The position numbers were made by a program, and so were the translations under genes. From UHGV virus genome UHGV-1984318: a stretch of DNA of 10,041 bases. One strand, written 5' to 3'. Origin of the DNA: a virus. A model generated the notes under the pieces. It saw only the letters and a list, made by a program, of their open reading frames with translations. It had not been told where the DNA came from and made no database searches. Shown in pieces: positions 1 through 7,838 of this stretch; position 1 is the first letter of the stretch; every line of letters begins with the position of its first letter.

Positions 1-1
1 T

Positions 2-814
2 TCATCGACTATTGAATATTTCTCCCTTACTGGCGCAACCACCGTTGGTGCCGCTTTGTATGTTGCACAGCCATCGCTGATGGTGCAGAAAGGTATTGCC
101 GGAACCTACTGTAAAACTCCATTCGCTGATTCCTATGCGTTCATCAGCAATCCGGCAACAGGTGCGCCGTCTGTATACATCATCGGCTCCGGTCAGGTAT
201 CACCAATCGCCAGCGCGAGCATTGAGAAAATTCTCCGCTCCTACACTGCTGATGAACTGGCTGAGGGTGTGATGGAGTCTCTGCGATTTGATGCTCATGA
301 GTTGCTGATTATCCACCTTCCGCGCCATGTTCTCGTGTACGACGCATCTTCAAGCGCCAATGGTCCGCAATGGTGTGTGTTGAAAACTGGCTTGTATGAC
401 GATGTGTACCGCGCTATCGACTTCATTTACGAAGGCAATCAGATAACGTGCGGCGATAAGCTGGAATCCGTGACCGGGAAATTGCAGTTCGATATCAGCA
501 GCCAGTACGACAAGCAGCAGGAACACCTGCTGTTTACTCCGTTGTTCAAAGCGGATAACGCCCGGGTGTTCGACCTTGAGGTTGAATCTTCAATTGGCGT
601 TGCGCAGTACGCTGACCGCCTGTTCCTCTCTGCAACCACTGACGGCATCAATTACGGGCGTGAGCAGATGATTGAGCAGAATGAACCGTTCGTTTACGAC
701 AAACGCGTTTTGTGGAAGCGAGTAGGGCGCATCAGGAAAAATGTCGGTTTCAAATTGCGCGTTATCACGAAGTCACCTGTCACTCTGTCTGGTTGCCAGA
801 TAAGGATTGAGTAA
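2..814 (+). CDS. gp10: Tail hub / head-completion protein, gp10-like; C-terminal ~270 codons only (5' end lies upstream of the window)
   Basis: Frame is open from nt 2 to TAA at 812-814 with no in-frame stop; the ORF-track start at 56 is an in-frame TTG, so the true start is outside the window. Stop overlaps the ATG of the next gene (TAATG). Assigned by synteny directly upstream of the tail needle gene, as in the P22 order 10-26-14-7-20-16. Confidence 0.75.
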   Translation, partial: SSTIEYFSLTGATTVGAALYVAQPSLMVQKGIAGTYCKTPFADSYAFISNPATGAPSVYIIGSGQVSPIASASIEKILRSYTADELAEGVMESLRFDAHELLIIHLPRHVLVYDASSSANGPQWCVLKTGLYDDVYRAIDFIYEGNQITCGDKLESVTGKLQFDISSQYDKQQEHLLFTPLFKADNARVFDLEVESSIGVAQYADRLFLSATTDGINYGREQMIEQNEPFVYDKRVLWKRVGRIRKNVGFKLRVITKSPVTLSGCQIRIE

Positions 815-1515
815 TGGCTGATTCGAATCTCAATGAGCCGGTAACAATTCAGGCTACACGACTCGATACATCAATCCTTCCACGCAATATATTCAGCCAG
901 TCTTACCTGCTGTATGTCATTAATCAGGGGGCTGATGTCGGCGCAATTGCCGGGAAGGCAAATCAGGCTGGTCAGGGCGCTTACGATGCGCAGGTGAAAA
1001 ACGATGAACAGGATGTCGAACTGGCTGACCACGATGCAAGAATCTCCGCAAACACAAAAGCGATAAATCTCCTTGAGGTCAGGTTAACAACTGCCGAAGG
1101 GAAGATAGTCGTACTGCGTAGCGATGTTGATTACTTGCTGGATGAGGTTATCGATATTCAGGCGCATCTGGTCACTGTTGACCAAAGACTGGATGACGTA
1201 GAAAACGATGTCTCTGGCATTAAGAGTGATTACGTATCGAAAACCGTAACCGAATTGCAGTCTCTTGAGTCACCGCTGGATGTAAAAACATCATATTCAG
1301 TTGATGGAATTCAGGTTGTTGGAGCAAGAAATACCGGATGGACTGCAGCCACAGGTACGCCACTTCTTGGCTCATTCAACGCTAACCAGTCATACACTGT
1401 CGGCACTACGTACACACAATCCGAAGTCGCAGCTCTCGCTACAGGTTTGCAGCAGGCGCGGCAGCGTATTCTGGCGCTTGAAACGGCACTTAGATTACAT
1501 GGGCTGATTGACTGA
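814..1515 (+). CDS. gp26: Tail needle (cell-envelope-penetrating fibre), P22 gp26-like, 233 aa
   Basis: 233 aa, the length I recall for P22 gp26. N-terminus [32 protein letters not shown] and C-terminus ..RLHGLID match my memory of P22 gp26; heptad-rich central region fits a trimeric coiled coil. SD AAGGA at 802-806 with 7-nt spacing; TAATG overlap upstream and TGATG overlap downstream. Confidence 0.9.
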   Translation: MADSNLNEPVTIQATRLDTSILPRNIFSQSYLLYVINQGADVGAIAGKANQAGQGAYDAQVKNDEQDVELADHDARISANTKAINLLEVRLTTAEGKIVVLRSDVDYLLDEVIDIQAHLVTVDQRLDDVENDVSGIKSDYVSKTVTELQSLESPLDVKTSYSVDGIQVVGARNTGWTAATGTPLLGSFNANQSYTVGTTYTQSEVAALATGLQQARQRILALETALRLHGLID

Positions 1516-1970
1516 TGATTACATTCAAACCAACGCGAAACATCGACCTGATCGAAGCAGTCGGAAATCACCCTGACATTATCGCTGGTAGCAACAACGG
1601 TGATGGATACGACTACAAACCTGAATGCCGTTACTTTGAGGTGAACGTGCACGGGCAGTTCGGCGGCATTGTTTACTATCAGGAGATTCAGCCGCTGACA
1701 TTCGATTGCCACGCCATGTACCTGCCAGAGATTCGCGGCTTCAGCAAGGAAATCGGGCTGGCGTTCTGGCGATACATTCTGACTAACACCACCGTTCAGT
1801 GCGTCACATCGTTCGCTGCGCGCAAATTCCGCCACGGTCAGATGTACTGCGCAATGATTGGCCTTAAGCGTGTAGGAACCATCAAGAAATACTTCAAAGG
1901 CGTGGATGACGTGACTTTTTACAGCGCCACACGCGAAGAACTAATCGACTTCCTGAATCACGGGAGATAG
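1515..1970 (+). CDS. gp14: gp14-like virion assembly/ejection-associated protein, 151 aa
   Basis: ATG at 1515 overlaps the upstream stop (TGATG); stop TAG at 1968-1970 lies 2 nt before the next start. Position between the tail needle and first ejection-protein gene matches P22 gene 14. Product inferred from synteny only. Confidence 0.7.
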   Translation: MITFKPTRNIDLIEAVGNHPDIIAGSNNGDGYDYKPECRYFEVNVHGQFGGIVYYQEIQPLTFDCHAMYLPEIRGFSKEIGLAFWRYILTNTTVQCVTSFAARKFRHGQMYCAMIGLKRVGTIKKYFKGVDDVTFYSATREELIDFLNHGR

Positions 1971-1972
1971 CC

Positions 1973-2661
1973 ATGTTATATGCATTTAAGCTGGGCAGAA
2001 AACTGCGCGGCGAGGAACCTTATTGCCCTGAAAAAGGCGGAAAAGGTGGCAGTTCTGATAAAAGCGCAAAGTATGCAGCAGAAGCTCAGAAGTATGCCGC
2101 AGACCTGCAAAATCAGCAGTTCAACACCATCATGAATAACCTGAAGCCGTTTACTCCTCTGGCTGAGAAGTATGTCGGCAGCCTCGAGAACTTATCGTCT
2201 CTGGAGGGGCAAGGTCAGGCACTTAACCAGTATTACAACTCTCAGCAGTATAAAGACCTTGCAGGTCAGGCTCGCTATCAGAGTCTGGCGGCAGCGGAAG
2301 CAACAGGTGGATTGGGTTCCACCGCAACCAGTAATCAGTTAGCAACAATCGCACCAACGCTTGGTCAGCAATGGCTATCTGGACAAATGAACAATTACAA
2401 CAACCTGGCAAATATCGGTCTTGGCGCTCTTCAGGGGCAGGCAAACGCCGGGCAAACATATGCCAACAACATGAGCCAGATTTCACAGCAAAGCGCTGCG
2501 CTGGCGGCGGCGCCAACCGACCGTCAGCATTGCAGCAGGGTGTTAGTGGTGCTGCATCCGGTGCGCTTTTGGGTGGTGGCATAGCCAGTGCTCTCGAGCT
2601 ATCAACTCCGTGGGGTGCTGGTATCGGTGCTGGTCTTGGTCTGCTTGGCTCGTTGTTTTAA
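1973..2661 (+). CDS. gp7: Ejection (E) protein, P22 gp7-like, with the reading frame interrupted by an apparent 1-nt deletion near 2505-2515 (possible pseudogene or sequencing error)
   Basis: ATG at 1973 with SD GGGAGA at 1962-1967. Frame A is protein-like (Q/N/A/G-rich) up to ..SQQSAALAAA at about 2512, then reads junk and stops at 2584. The overlapping frame reads ..ANRPSALQQGVSGAASGALLGGGIASALELSTPWGAGIGAGLGLLGSLF to TAA at 2659-2661, directly before the next gene's SD. Span 1973-2661 is 689 nt, i.e. 229 codons plus 2 nt; P22 gp7 is 229 aa as I recall. The switch falls in gcgctggcggcggcgccaacc (2496-2516). Confidence 0.7.
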
Positions 2662-2671
2662 GGGGTAATCA

Positions 2672-4087
2672 ATGGCTACGTGGCAACAGGGTATTAATTC
2701 TGGTGGTTTTCTGGCTGGCATCGGTACGCAAAATGAGAATGCGCCAAAGGCAAGCGACATTAACGCAACGCTTGGTCTGATCCGCGAAAACAATGAACTG
2801 GCTCGCTCAGGTGTAAATAACGTTGGCCTGACCGCGTTACGTGGTCTGGCTGGAGTTGCTGATATTTACAATCAGGAACAGCAACAGAAAGCGATTAGTG
2901 CGTTCAATAAGGTTCATGCTGATGCATGGGCTTCTGGTGATCCATCGGGACTATTTAAGTTTGCCCAGGAAAATCCAGCGTTTGTTGCACAGGCACAACA
3001 GGCGTTTTCAGGTCTTAATGATCAGCAACGCAACGATATGGGCGATTTAGCCATGAGGGCTAACGTCGCTCTTTCTCAGGGACCGGAAGCCTACAGTAAA
3101 TTCATTACTGACAACAAGGACAGGTTAAATCGCGTGGGGGCGAATGCTGACTGGATGATTCAGACAGGTATCCAGAATCCAGAGCAGCTATCACACATGC
3201 TGACTACTATGTCTCTCGGTGCGCTTGGACCAGAAAAGGCGTTTGCTGTTCAGGACAAGATGGCTGGTCGTGAAATTGACCGAGGCAGACTGGCAGAGAC
3301 AATCCGCAGCAATCAGGCTGGAGAAGCACTTCAGGCGAGAGGGCAAAACCTTTCCTATCAGTCAGCAATGACTGGGCACAATATCGCAGCACAACGCTTG
3401 GCTCTGGATCAGCAAGAGTTCGGGTTTAAGATGCAGCAAGCGCAGGAAAAGGCTCAGCAGTTGATTAGCGAAGCACCTAAGCTGTCAGTAAACATGGAAA
3501 AAGGCATCGAGACGGCTGTAAACAATGCCACAGCATCATCAAACTCAGCCAATTCCATGAGTGCGCTTGCTCAACAGTTCAGAGCAGAAAAACCAACGAC
3601 AGGTTTGTTCGGTAACGCACAGAACATGTTCGCAAAACTTACCGGAAGCGATACGACATTGCGTGATTTGCGCATTCGCCAAAATGCCCTTGTTAACAGT
3701 CAGGTTCTTAAATTCCTACCTCCCGGCCCAGCAACGGATAAAGACGTTGAGATCGTTCGACAGGGTGCGCCAACTGACATGGATAACCCTGAGACGGTCG
3801 CAAGATGGCTTGATGCAATGGCAAACCTTGAGCGACGAAACGCGCAGTTTAATGAGTTTAAAGCCGAGTGGATGAGCGCGAATGGCAACCCTGGACAATC
3901 GCGTAATGGCGGTCAGATATTGGGGTTGGATGTTAAAAAAGGTGAATCATTGGGGAGTGCCGTTAAGCGGTATATGTCATTGAATACTGACGCAGCGCCA
4001 GCACAAGATTCGACACCTTCAGGAGAACCACGGAATCAGGTTGGATCATATACCTCAAAATCAGGCATTCAATTTACGGTGGAATGA
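2672..4087 (+). CDS. gp20: Ejection (E) protein, P22 gp20-like, 471 aa
   Basis: ATG at 2672 with SD AAGGGG at 2661-2666 (5-nt spacing). 471 aa matches the size I recall for P22 gp20. Stop TGA at 4085-4087 overlaps the next start (ATGA). Assigned by synteny and size. Confidence 0.85.
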   Translation: MATWQQGINSGGFLAGIGTQNENAPKASDINATLGLIRENNELARSGVNNVGLTALRGLAGVADIYNQEQQQKAISAFNKVHADAWASGDPSGLFKFAQENPAFVAQAQQAFSGLNDQQRNDMGDLAMRANVALSQGPEAYSKFITDNKDRLNRVGANADWMIQTGIQNPEQLSHMLTTMSLGALGPEKAFAVQDKMAGREIDRGRLAETIRSNQAGEALQARGQNLSYQSAMTGHNIAAQRLALDQQEFGFKMQQAQEKAQQLISEAPKLSVNMEKGIETAVNNATASSNSANSMSALAQQFRAEKPTTGLFGNAQNMFAKLTGSDTTLRDLRIRQNALVNSQVLKFLPPGPATDKDVEIVRQGAPTDMDNPETVARWLDAMANLERRNAQFNEFKAEWMSANGNPGQSRNGGQILGLDVKKGESLGSAVKRYMSLNTDAAPAQDSTPSGEPRNQVGSYTSKSGIQFTVE

Positions 4088-6090
4088 TGAAAGTTACTGC
4101 AAACGGTAAGACATTTACCTTTCCTGATGGTACGAGCACCGAAGATATTGGCACCGCCATTGATGAGTATTTTGCTGGTCAGTCAGCACCAACACAACAA
4201 GGTGTTCAGCAATCGCCAGCAGACAACTCACTTGCATCAGGATATGCACAGCTTGCCACTCAGCAGAAGGAAGGACTAGATCGCTCTGCTGAGCAAGGGG
4301 CTGTTTTAGGTGCTGCAATGCGCGATGCCGTTACCGGTGAAAGCCGAATGACACCAGAAATGGAGAGACTGCAAAATGTTGGGTCTGCTCCAGAGCTTAA
4401 TAGCTTAAGCACTGATGCGCTGCGTGCTGGATTGGGGCAGCTATTTGGTTCCGACGCTTCACAGGAGAAAATACTGCAAAGTATTGGCGGGAAAATCCGG
4501 AAGGATGAGAAGGGAAATTCCATCGTCACTCTTCCTTCAGGGGAATATGTACTTAACAAGCCTGGTTTGTCACCGCAGGATATAACGTCATTCTTGGCAA
4601 ATGCTCTTGCATTCACTCCAGCAGGTAGAGCTGCGTCTGTTGTAGGTGCAACACTAAAATCAGGCGCTACTGATTTAGCTTTACAGGGTGCCACTAAGAT
4701 CGCTGGCGGTGAGAATGTTAATCCAGTTCAAACTGCAATTTCTGCTGGTCTTGGTGGGGTACTGAAGGGTGTAGAAAACACCGCAAGCGCAGTGTCTCGT
4801 TCTGCTATGGGTAAGATTGCTCCTGAAAAACAAGCTCAGATTGACTTTGCCAAGCAGAACAACTTGCCACTGATGACAACAGATCTTGTGGAACCGGGAA
4901 CAAATATTGGTAAGCAAGCACGAGCTATGGCTGAGCGAATCCCAATAGCCGGAACAGGTGGGATAAGAAATGCACAGCAAAAGGCCAGGGAAGATTTAGT
5001 TAGAACATTTAGCGATAATGTTGGTGGAATATCTGACGCACAACTTTACCAATCAGCTACTCGTGGTCAGCAGCAATTTATTCAGGCTGCTGGCAAGCGG
5101 TACGACAGGATCATCAGTTTGATGGGGGATACTCCTGTTGACATCACTGGAACAGTGAAAGCAATTGATGAGCAGATTTCCAAGTTAACTCGCCCAGGAG
5201 TATCGCAAGACCGCTCAGCTGTTTCTGTCCTTCAACAGTTTAGAAATGACATCACCAGCGGTCCAAATAACCTGCAATTAGCTAGAGAAAACCGTACAAA
5301 CTTACGTAAGCGCTTTATGGCAGCACCTGACGAGGTCGATAGAGATACGCTGGAGAAAGCTGCGCAGTCTGTTTATAACGCATACACAACAGACATGAAA
5401 AAAGCGGTTGGCGCAAAACTAGGTGCGAAGGAAGCGCAAAACATGTCGCGTGTTGATCGTTCTTGGGCAAAGTTCAACGACATGATGAGCAATACACGTG
5501 TCCAAAAAGCTATTCAGAGTGGTAAAACAACGCCAGAAGATGTCACTAAACTAGTATTCAGCCAAAGCCCAGCGGAAAGGGCGCAACTTTATCGATTGCT
5601 TGATGATAGTGGGCGTCAAAATGCTAGAGCAGCACTTGTTCAGCGTGCAATGGATAAGGCGACAAGCGATTCAGGAAAGCTTAGCGTTGAGAAGTTTATT
5701 AATGAAATGAAAAGGAATCGGAAGCAGGCTGAGACGTTCTTCAGAGGAGAGCATGGGAAACAGCTTGATGGGATAATGAAATATCTTGATTCCACTAGAC
5801 AGGCAGCTACTGCTGCCGCAAGCCCACTAACAGGGCAAATGGTAGCTGGTCCAGCAGCGCTGATAACAGCTCTTGCGTCTGTTACAAATCCAATGTTTGC
5901 AAAAGTTGCGGCAGTTGGAGCTGGTATCGGTATGGCTGGCAGGGGCTATGAGTCACGCGCGATGAGGAACGCATTACTAAAGTTAGCAAACACGCCAAAA
6001 GGAAGTACTGCTTATGATAGAGCGATCAGACGGGTATCTGAAACTCTTACACCTCTAATTCAGGCTTCAAGTGAGAAAGCCCAGCAGTAA
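4084..6090 (+). CDS. gp16: Ejection (E) protein, P22 gp16-like, 668 aa
   Basis: ATG at 4084 overlapping the gp20 stop; a second in-frame ATG at 4087 has better spacing from GGTGG (4078-4082) and may be the true start. Long uninterrupted frame to TAA at 6088-6090, ~50% GC. Last large gene of the late block before the immI-type region, as gene 16 is in P22. Confidence 0.85.
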   Translation: MMKVTANGKTFTFPDGTSTEDIGTAIDEYFAGQSAPTQQGVQQSPADNSLASGYAQLATQQKEGLDRSAEQGAVLGAAMRDAVTGESRMTPEMERLQNVGSAPELNSLSTDALRAGLGQLFGSDASQEKILQSIGGKIRKDEKGNSIVTLPSGEYVLNKPGLSPQDITSFLANALAFTPAGRAASVVGATLKSGATDLALQGATKIAGGENVNPVQTAISAGLGGVLKGVENTASAVSRSAMGKIAPEKQAQIDFAKQNNLPLMTTDLVEPGTNIGKQARAMAERIPIAGTGGIRNAQQKAREDLVRTFSDNVGGISDAQLYQSATRGQQQFIQAAGKRYDRIISLMGDTPVDITGTVKAIDEQISKLTRPGVSQDRSAVSVLQQFRNDITSGPNNLQLARENRTNLRKRFMAAPDEVDRDTLEKAAQSVYNAYTTDMKKAVGAKLGAKEAQNMSRVDRSWAKFNDMMSNTRVQKAIQSGKTTPEDVTKLVFSQSPAERAQLYRLLDDSGRQNARAALVQRAMDKATSDSGKLSVEKFINEMKRNRKQAETFFRGEHGKQLDGIMKYLDSTRQAATAAASPLTGQMVAGPAALITALASVTNPMFAKVAAVGAGIGMAGRGYESRAMRNALLKLANTPKGSTAYDRAIRRVSETLTPLIQASSEKAQQ

Positions 6091-6098
6091 AAAGTTGG

Positions 6099-6419
6099 TT
6101 AGCGGTTGATGGTTGCTTTTTTCGGGTCATACCATCTCGGCCATTCTTTCAGGAATGGGAATGAGTCGGGAGCGTGGTTCTTTTTGTACGATTTAAGCAG
6201 CCTTAACCGCTCAATCGCACACTCATAAACCTCTTGTTGCCCTGTAGTCATCTCGGTCCATGAAAGGTGATCCATTGATAAGACAACGTTTTCAGCTTCT
6301 TTTATGAGGGCGTTTTTATTTCTCACCGCAGCAGCATGGCTGACAGAGCAATCCTGCCATATTCTTAAAAGCCAAATAGCTAAGCAGATGAAAAAAATGG
6401 TAGAGAGCGATATGTACAT
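6099..6419 (-). CDS. Hypothetical membrane-anchored protein, 106 aa (cargo gene 3)
   Basis: ATG at 6419-6417 with a strong SD (AGGAG, complement of 6426-6430, 6-nt spacing); stop TAA at 6101-6099. N-terminal hydrophobic segment MYISLSTIFFICLAIWLLRIW followed by a Trp/Pro/Lys-rich soluble region. AT-rich. No homologue recognised. Confidence 0.6.
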   Translation of the reverse strand: MYISLSTIFFICLAIWLLRIWQDCSVSHAAAVRNKNALIKEAENVVLSMDHLSWTEMTTGQQEVYECAIERLRLLKSYKKNHAPDSFPFLKEWPRWYDPKKATINR

Positions 6420-6443
6420 GCCGATCTCCTTAGATTTATCAAT

Positions 6444-6478
6444 GCTGCATGATTTTCAACAGACATCAATCATGCAGC
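6444..6478. repeat. Perfect 11-bp inverted repeat (gctgcatgatt / aatcatgcagc) with a 13-nt loop, between cargo genes 2 and 3
   Basis: 6444-6454 gctgcatgatt pairs perfectly with 6468-6478 aatcatgcagc. No U-tract follows on either strand, so it is not a canonical intrinsic terminator. Confidence 0.6.
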
Positions 6479-6499
6479 TATAGGTAATAAATCAAGAAA

Positions 6500-7012
6500 C
6501 TATTGAGAACGTTTGTCTTTTTGAGACTCTAATATAGCCAATACCTTATAAAGAGATTGGTTTGTTGAGTCTAATTTTTGATCAGTGTTATCAATCCTTG
6601 ACTGTAATACTGATTGGTTGTTTTGGATAGTAGCCATTATCTCTGCCTTACTGGTTTGGATGTTTCCTGTTAGCTCTTGTCGTGATGATTCAACTTTATC
6701 ATCTATAGTGCCTCGAATCGTCCATGTGGCGGCAACGATAGAACCAATGATAGCAACTGCAACCCCGTATAGCTCTAAACGTTTCACGGTATCACGACCT
6801 TCTTCTTTGTGTTGCTCTTCTTGTAGGCTAAATATTTGTGGTTCCTTTGACGGATTTCTGCCAGTTGGTCTGTAATACTCTGAATATTTAGCGTTTTCTA
6901 TTGAACTCCATAACGATTTGTCAAAGTCAAGGTTTTCATGTTGGCTTTGAGCATCTCCATAAATACTAGGTGATTTATTGTGAACATGTTGGTCAAACAT
7001 TATCTCCATCAC
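6500..7012 (-). CDS. Hypothetical single-pass membrane protein with coiled-coil-like C-terminal region, 170 aa (cargo gene 2)
   Basis: Minus-strand ORF with possible starts GTG 7012, ATG 7009 or ATG 7000; stop at 6500. One strongly hydrophobic helix LELYGVAVAIIGSIVAATWTI mid-protein, acidic/polar N-terminal ~80 aa, heptad-like Q/N/S-rich C-terminal ~70 aa. Its 5' end overlaps the 3' end of the upstream ORF. Sampled GC ~30-38%. Confidence 0.65.
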   Translation of the reverse strand: MMEIMFDQHVHNKSPSIYGDAQSQHENLDFDKSLWSSIENAKYSEYYRPTGRNPSKEPQIFSLQEEQHKEEGRDTVKRLELYGVAVAIIGSIVAATWTIRGTIDDKVESSRQELTGNIQTSKAEIMATIQNNQSVLQSRIDNTDQKLDSTNQSLYKVLAILESQKDKRSQ

Positions 7013-7340
7013 CCTTTACGAATTTTCCAGAAGAGATATTTTCACTAACTTTGTTTAAACTAAAAAAGTGGAAGAAACCGCAAGTGGTGCATTGCATGGC
7101 TACCATGTTAAGACTATCGTTGCTATAAGTATCTTGATTAACAGGATTATTAGGCAAGCTTTTACCTGGTATGGATGGTCCTATAACTTCAACACCATCA
7201 TCTTTTTTAAGATGCTCCGGTGCTAAAAGAGTCCAGTTTGTATTGCTGCATATTGGGCATACATAAGTTTTTTTGAATGAAGTCAAGTAATTACTAAAAG
7301 ACTCAAAAGTAACTTTTAAGTATTGCTCCTTACTGCTCAT
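6993..7340 (-). CDS. Hypothetical small four-Cys (CxxC..CxxC) zinc-ribbon-like protein, 115 aa (cargo gene 1)
   Basis: ATG at 7340-7338 shares one base with the mnt stop (TAATG on the minus strand); SD-like GAGG ~7 nt upstream; stop TGA at 6995-6993. Contains C-P-I-C and C-T-T-C separated by 53 residues. AT-rich. No homologue recognised. Confidence 0.6.
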   Translation of the reverse strand: MSSKEQYLKVTFESFSNYLTSFKKTYVCPICSNTNWTLLAPEHLKKDDGVEVIGPSIPGKSLPNNPVNQDTYSNDSLNMVAMQCTTCGFFHFFSLNKVSENISSGKFVKGDGDNV

Positions 7341-7579
7341 TATTGGCCTCGAATCTTCTTAAGTACGCTAATTGCAATATCCATTGCTTCCTTCTCTGTT
7401 TTTGTGAGATCTTGAGATGTCGATGGTATGACCTTTTCTCTGTTAATCTTAATCCATAGCTGTATTGCAGCTATGATTTCAGCATTGATAGAGCGCCTGT
7501 TTGTTGCCGCAATGTGAGTAAGCTGCTGCTTGATTTCACTTGGCATTCTTACGTTAAATTGTGGATCGTTTCTAGCCAC
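7340..7579 (-). CDS. mnt: Mnt-like ribbon-helix-helix repressor (maintenance-of-lysogeny repressor of the antirepressor), 79 aa
   Basis: GTG start at 7579-7577 with SD AGGAG (complement of 7586-7590, 6-nt spacing). N-terminus MARNDPQFNVRMPSEIKQQL..NRRSINAEIIAAIQ resembles P22 Mnt (MARDDPHFNFRMP..GRSMNSELLQIVQ as I recall), i.e. the RHH beta-strand and helices. Divergent from arc/ant, as in P22 immI. Confidence 0.85.
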   Translation of the reverse strand: MARNDPQFNVRMPSEIKQQLTHIAATNRRSINAEIIAAIQLWIKINREKVIPSTSQDLTKTEKEAMDIAISVLKKIRGQ

Positions 7580-7598
7580 GTCGCTCTCCTGTTATTTG

Positions 7599-7627
7599 TT
7601 GACATGCTAGAACGGTAGTAGTACGCT
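7599..7627 (+). promoter_or_regulatory. Pant-like promoter for arc-ant: -35 TTGACA (7599-7604), 17-bp spacer, weak -10 TACGCT (7622-7627)
   Basis: Consensus -35 hexamer; the -10 matches only the T-A....T positions. Lies ~45 nt upstream of the arc start. The arrangement (TTGACA-TG-TAGAA.. with operator sequence in the spacer) resembles my recollection of P22 Pant. Confidence 0.5.
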
Positions 7628-7632
7628 TTCAA
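7604..7632 (-). promoter_or_regulatory. Pmnt-like promoter on the minus strand: -35 TTGAAA (complement of 7627-7632), 17-bp spacer, -10 TAGCAT (complement of 7604-7609)
   Basis: Hexamers read on the minus strand with 17-nt spacing. The -10 overlaps the -35 of the divergent plus-strand promoter, as expected for face-to-face Pant/Pmnt. A start ~7597 would give a short leader to the mnt SD. Confidence 0.4.
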
Positions 7633-7653
7633 TAGTAGTACGGTGCTATCATT
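7604..7653. promoter_or_regulatory. Candidate Arc/Mnt operator region: TAG-rich repeats including a 10-bp direct repeat TAGTAGTACG (7616-7625 and 7633-7642) and an imperfect palindrome centred on 7642
   Basis: Direct repeat seen 17 bp apart. aatagtagtac-g-gtgctatcatt (7631-7653) is 8/11 symmetric about G7642, with core TAGTAC-G-GTGCTA. ATGCTAGAA at 7604-7612 resembles the left half of the P22 arc operator as I recall it. Confidence 0.45.
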
Positions 7654-7672
7654 TAATGGAATGGAGTGGAAT

Positions 7673-7834
7673 ATGCAAGGCGCAAGAAAAATGCCGCAGT
7701 TCAATTTGCGGTGGCCTAAAGAAGTATTGGATTTGGTACGCAAGGTGGCGGAAGAGAATGGTCGGTCTGTTAACTCTGAGATTTATCAGAGAGTAATGGA
7801 CAGCTTTAAGAAGGAAGGGCGTATTGGCGCGTAA
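7673..7834 (+). CDS. arc: Arc ribbon-helix-helix repressor, 53 aa
   Basis: ATG at 7673 with SD GGAG at 7663-7666 (6-nt spacing); stop TAA at 7832-7834. Sequence [53 protein letters not shown] is nearly identical to P22 Arc as I remember it. The ORF-track start at 7643 is an upstream in-frame GTG without an SD. Confidence 0.9.
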   Translation: MQGARKMPQFNLRWPKEVLDLVRKVAEENGRSVNSEIYQRVMDSFKKEGRIGA

Positions 7835-7838
7835 AGTT

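Noticed and set aside
439-651. 70-aa minus-strand ORF inside the gp10-like gene
   Set aside because: Antisense to the gp10 frame, no SD, low-complexity translation.
1301-1835. ORFs 1301-1507 (+) and 1311-1835 (-) overlapping the tail needle and gp14-like genes
   Set aside because: Fully embedded in or antisense to strongly supported structural genes; Cys/Arg/His-rich low-complexity translations typical of off-frame reading; no SD.
2371-2661. 96-aa plus-strand ORF overlapping the 3' part of the gp7-like gene
   Set aside because: Its N-terminal ~45 residues (MAIWTNEQLQQPGKYRSWRSSGAGKRRANICQQHEPDF..) read like out-of-frame translation of gp7, and only its C-terminal part is protein-like. It is best explained as the downstream frame of the frameshifted gp7 gene, not an independent gene.
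2223-3898. Antisense or off-frame ORFs inside the gp7/gp20 genes (2223-2582 -, 2602-2793 -, 2841-3050 +, 3207-3392 -, 3561-3875 +, 3700-3888 -, 3716-3898 -)
   Set aside because: All lie within the long gp7/gp20 coding frames, lack ribosome-binding sites and have Cys/Pro/Arg-rich composition typical of spurious frames in ~50% GC DNA.
4115-4980. Three minus-strand ORFs inside the gp16-like gene
   Set aside because: Antisense to a 668-codon open frame; composition not protein-like; no SD.
6091-6125. T-run ttgctttttt (6113-6120) after the gp16 stop as a possible terminator
   Set aside because: No stable GC-rich stem could be drawn immediately upstream of the T-run, and it lies inside the 3' end of the convergent orf106 coding sequence.
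6585-6875. 96-aa plus-strand ORF antisense to cargo gene 2
   Set aside because: Entirely inside orf170 on the opposite strand; the minus-strand gene is supported by operon context and start/stop overlaps, and the plus-strand ORF has no SD.
7643-7672. N-terminal extension of Arc from the GTG at 7643
   Set aside because: The ATG at 7673 has a well-spaced GGAG and gives the 53-aa length of P22 Arc; the extension would start inside the operator/promoter region.
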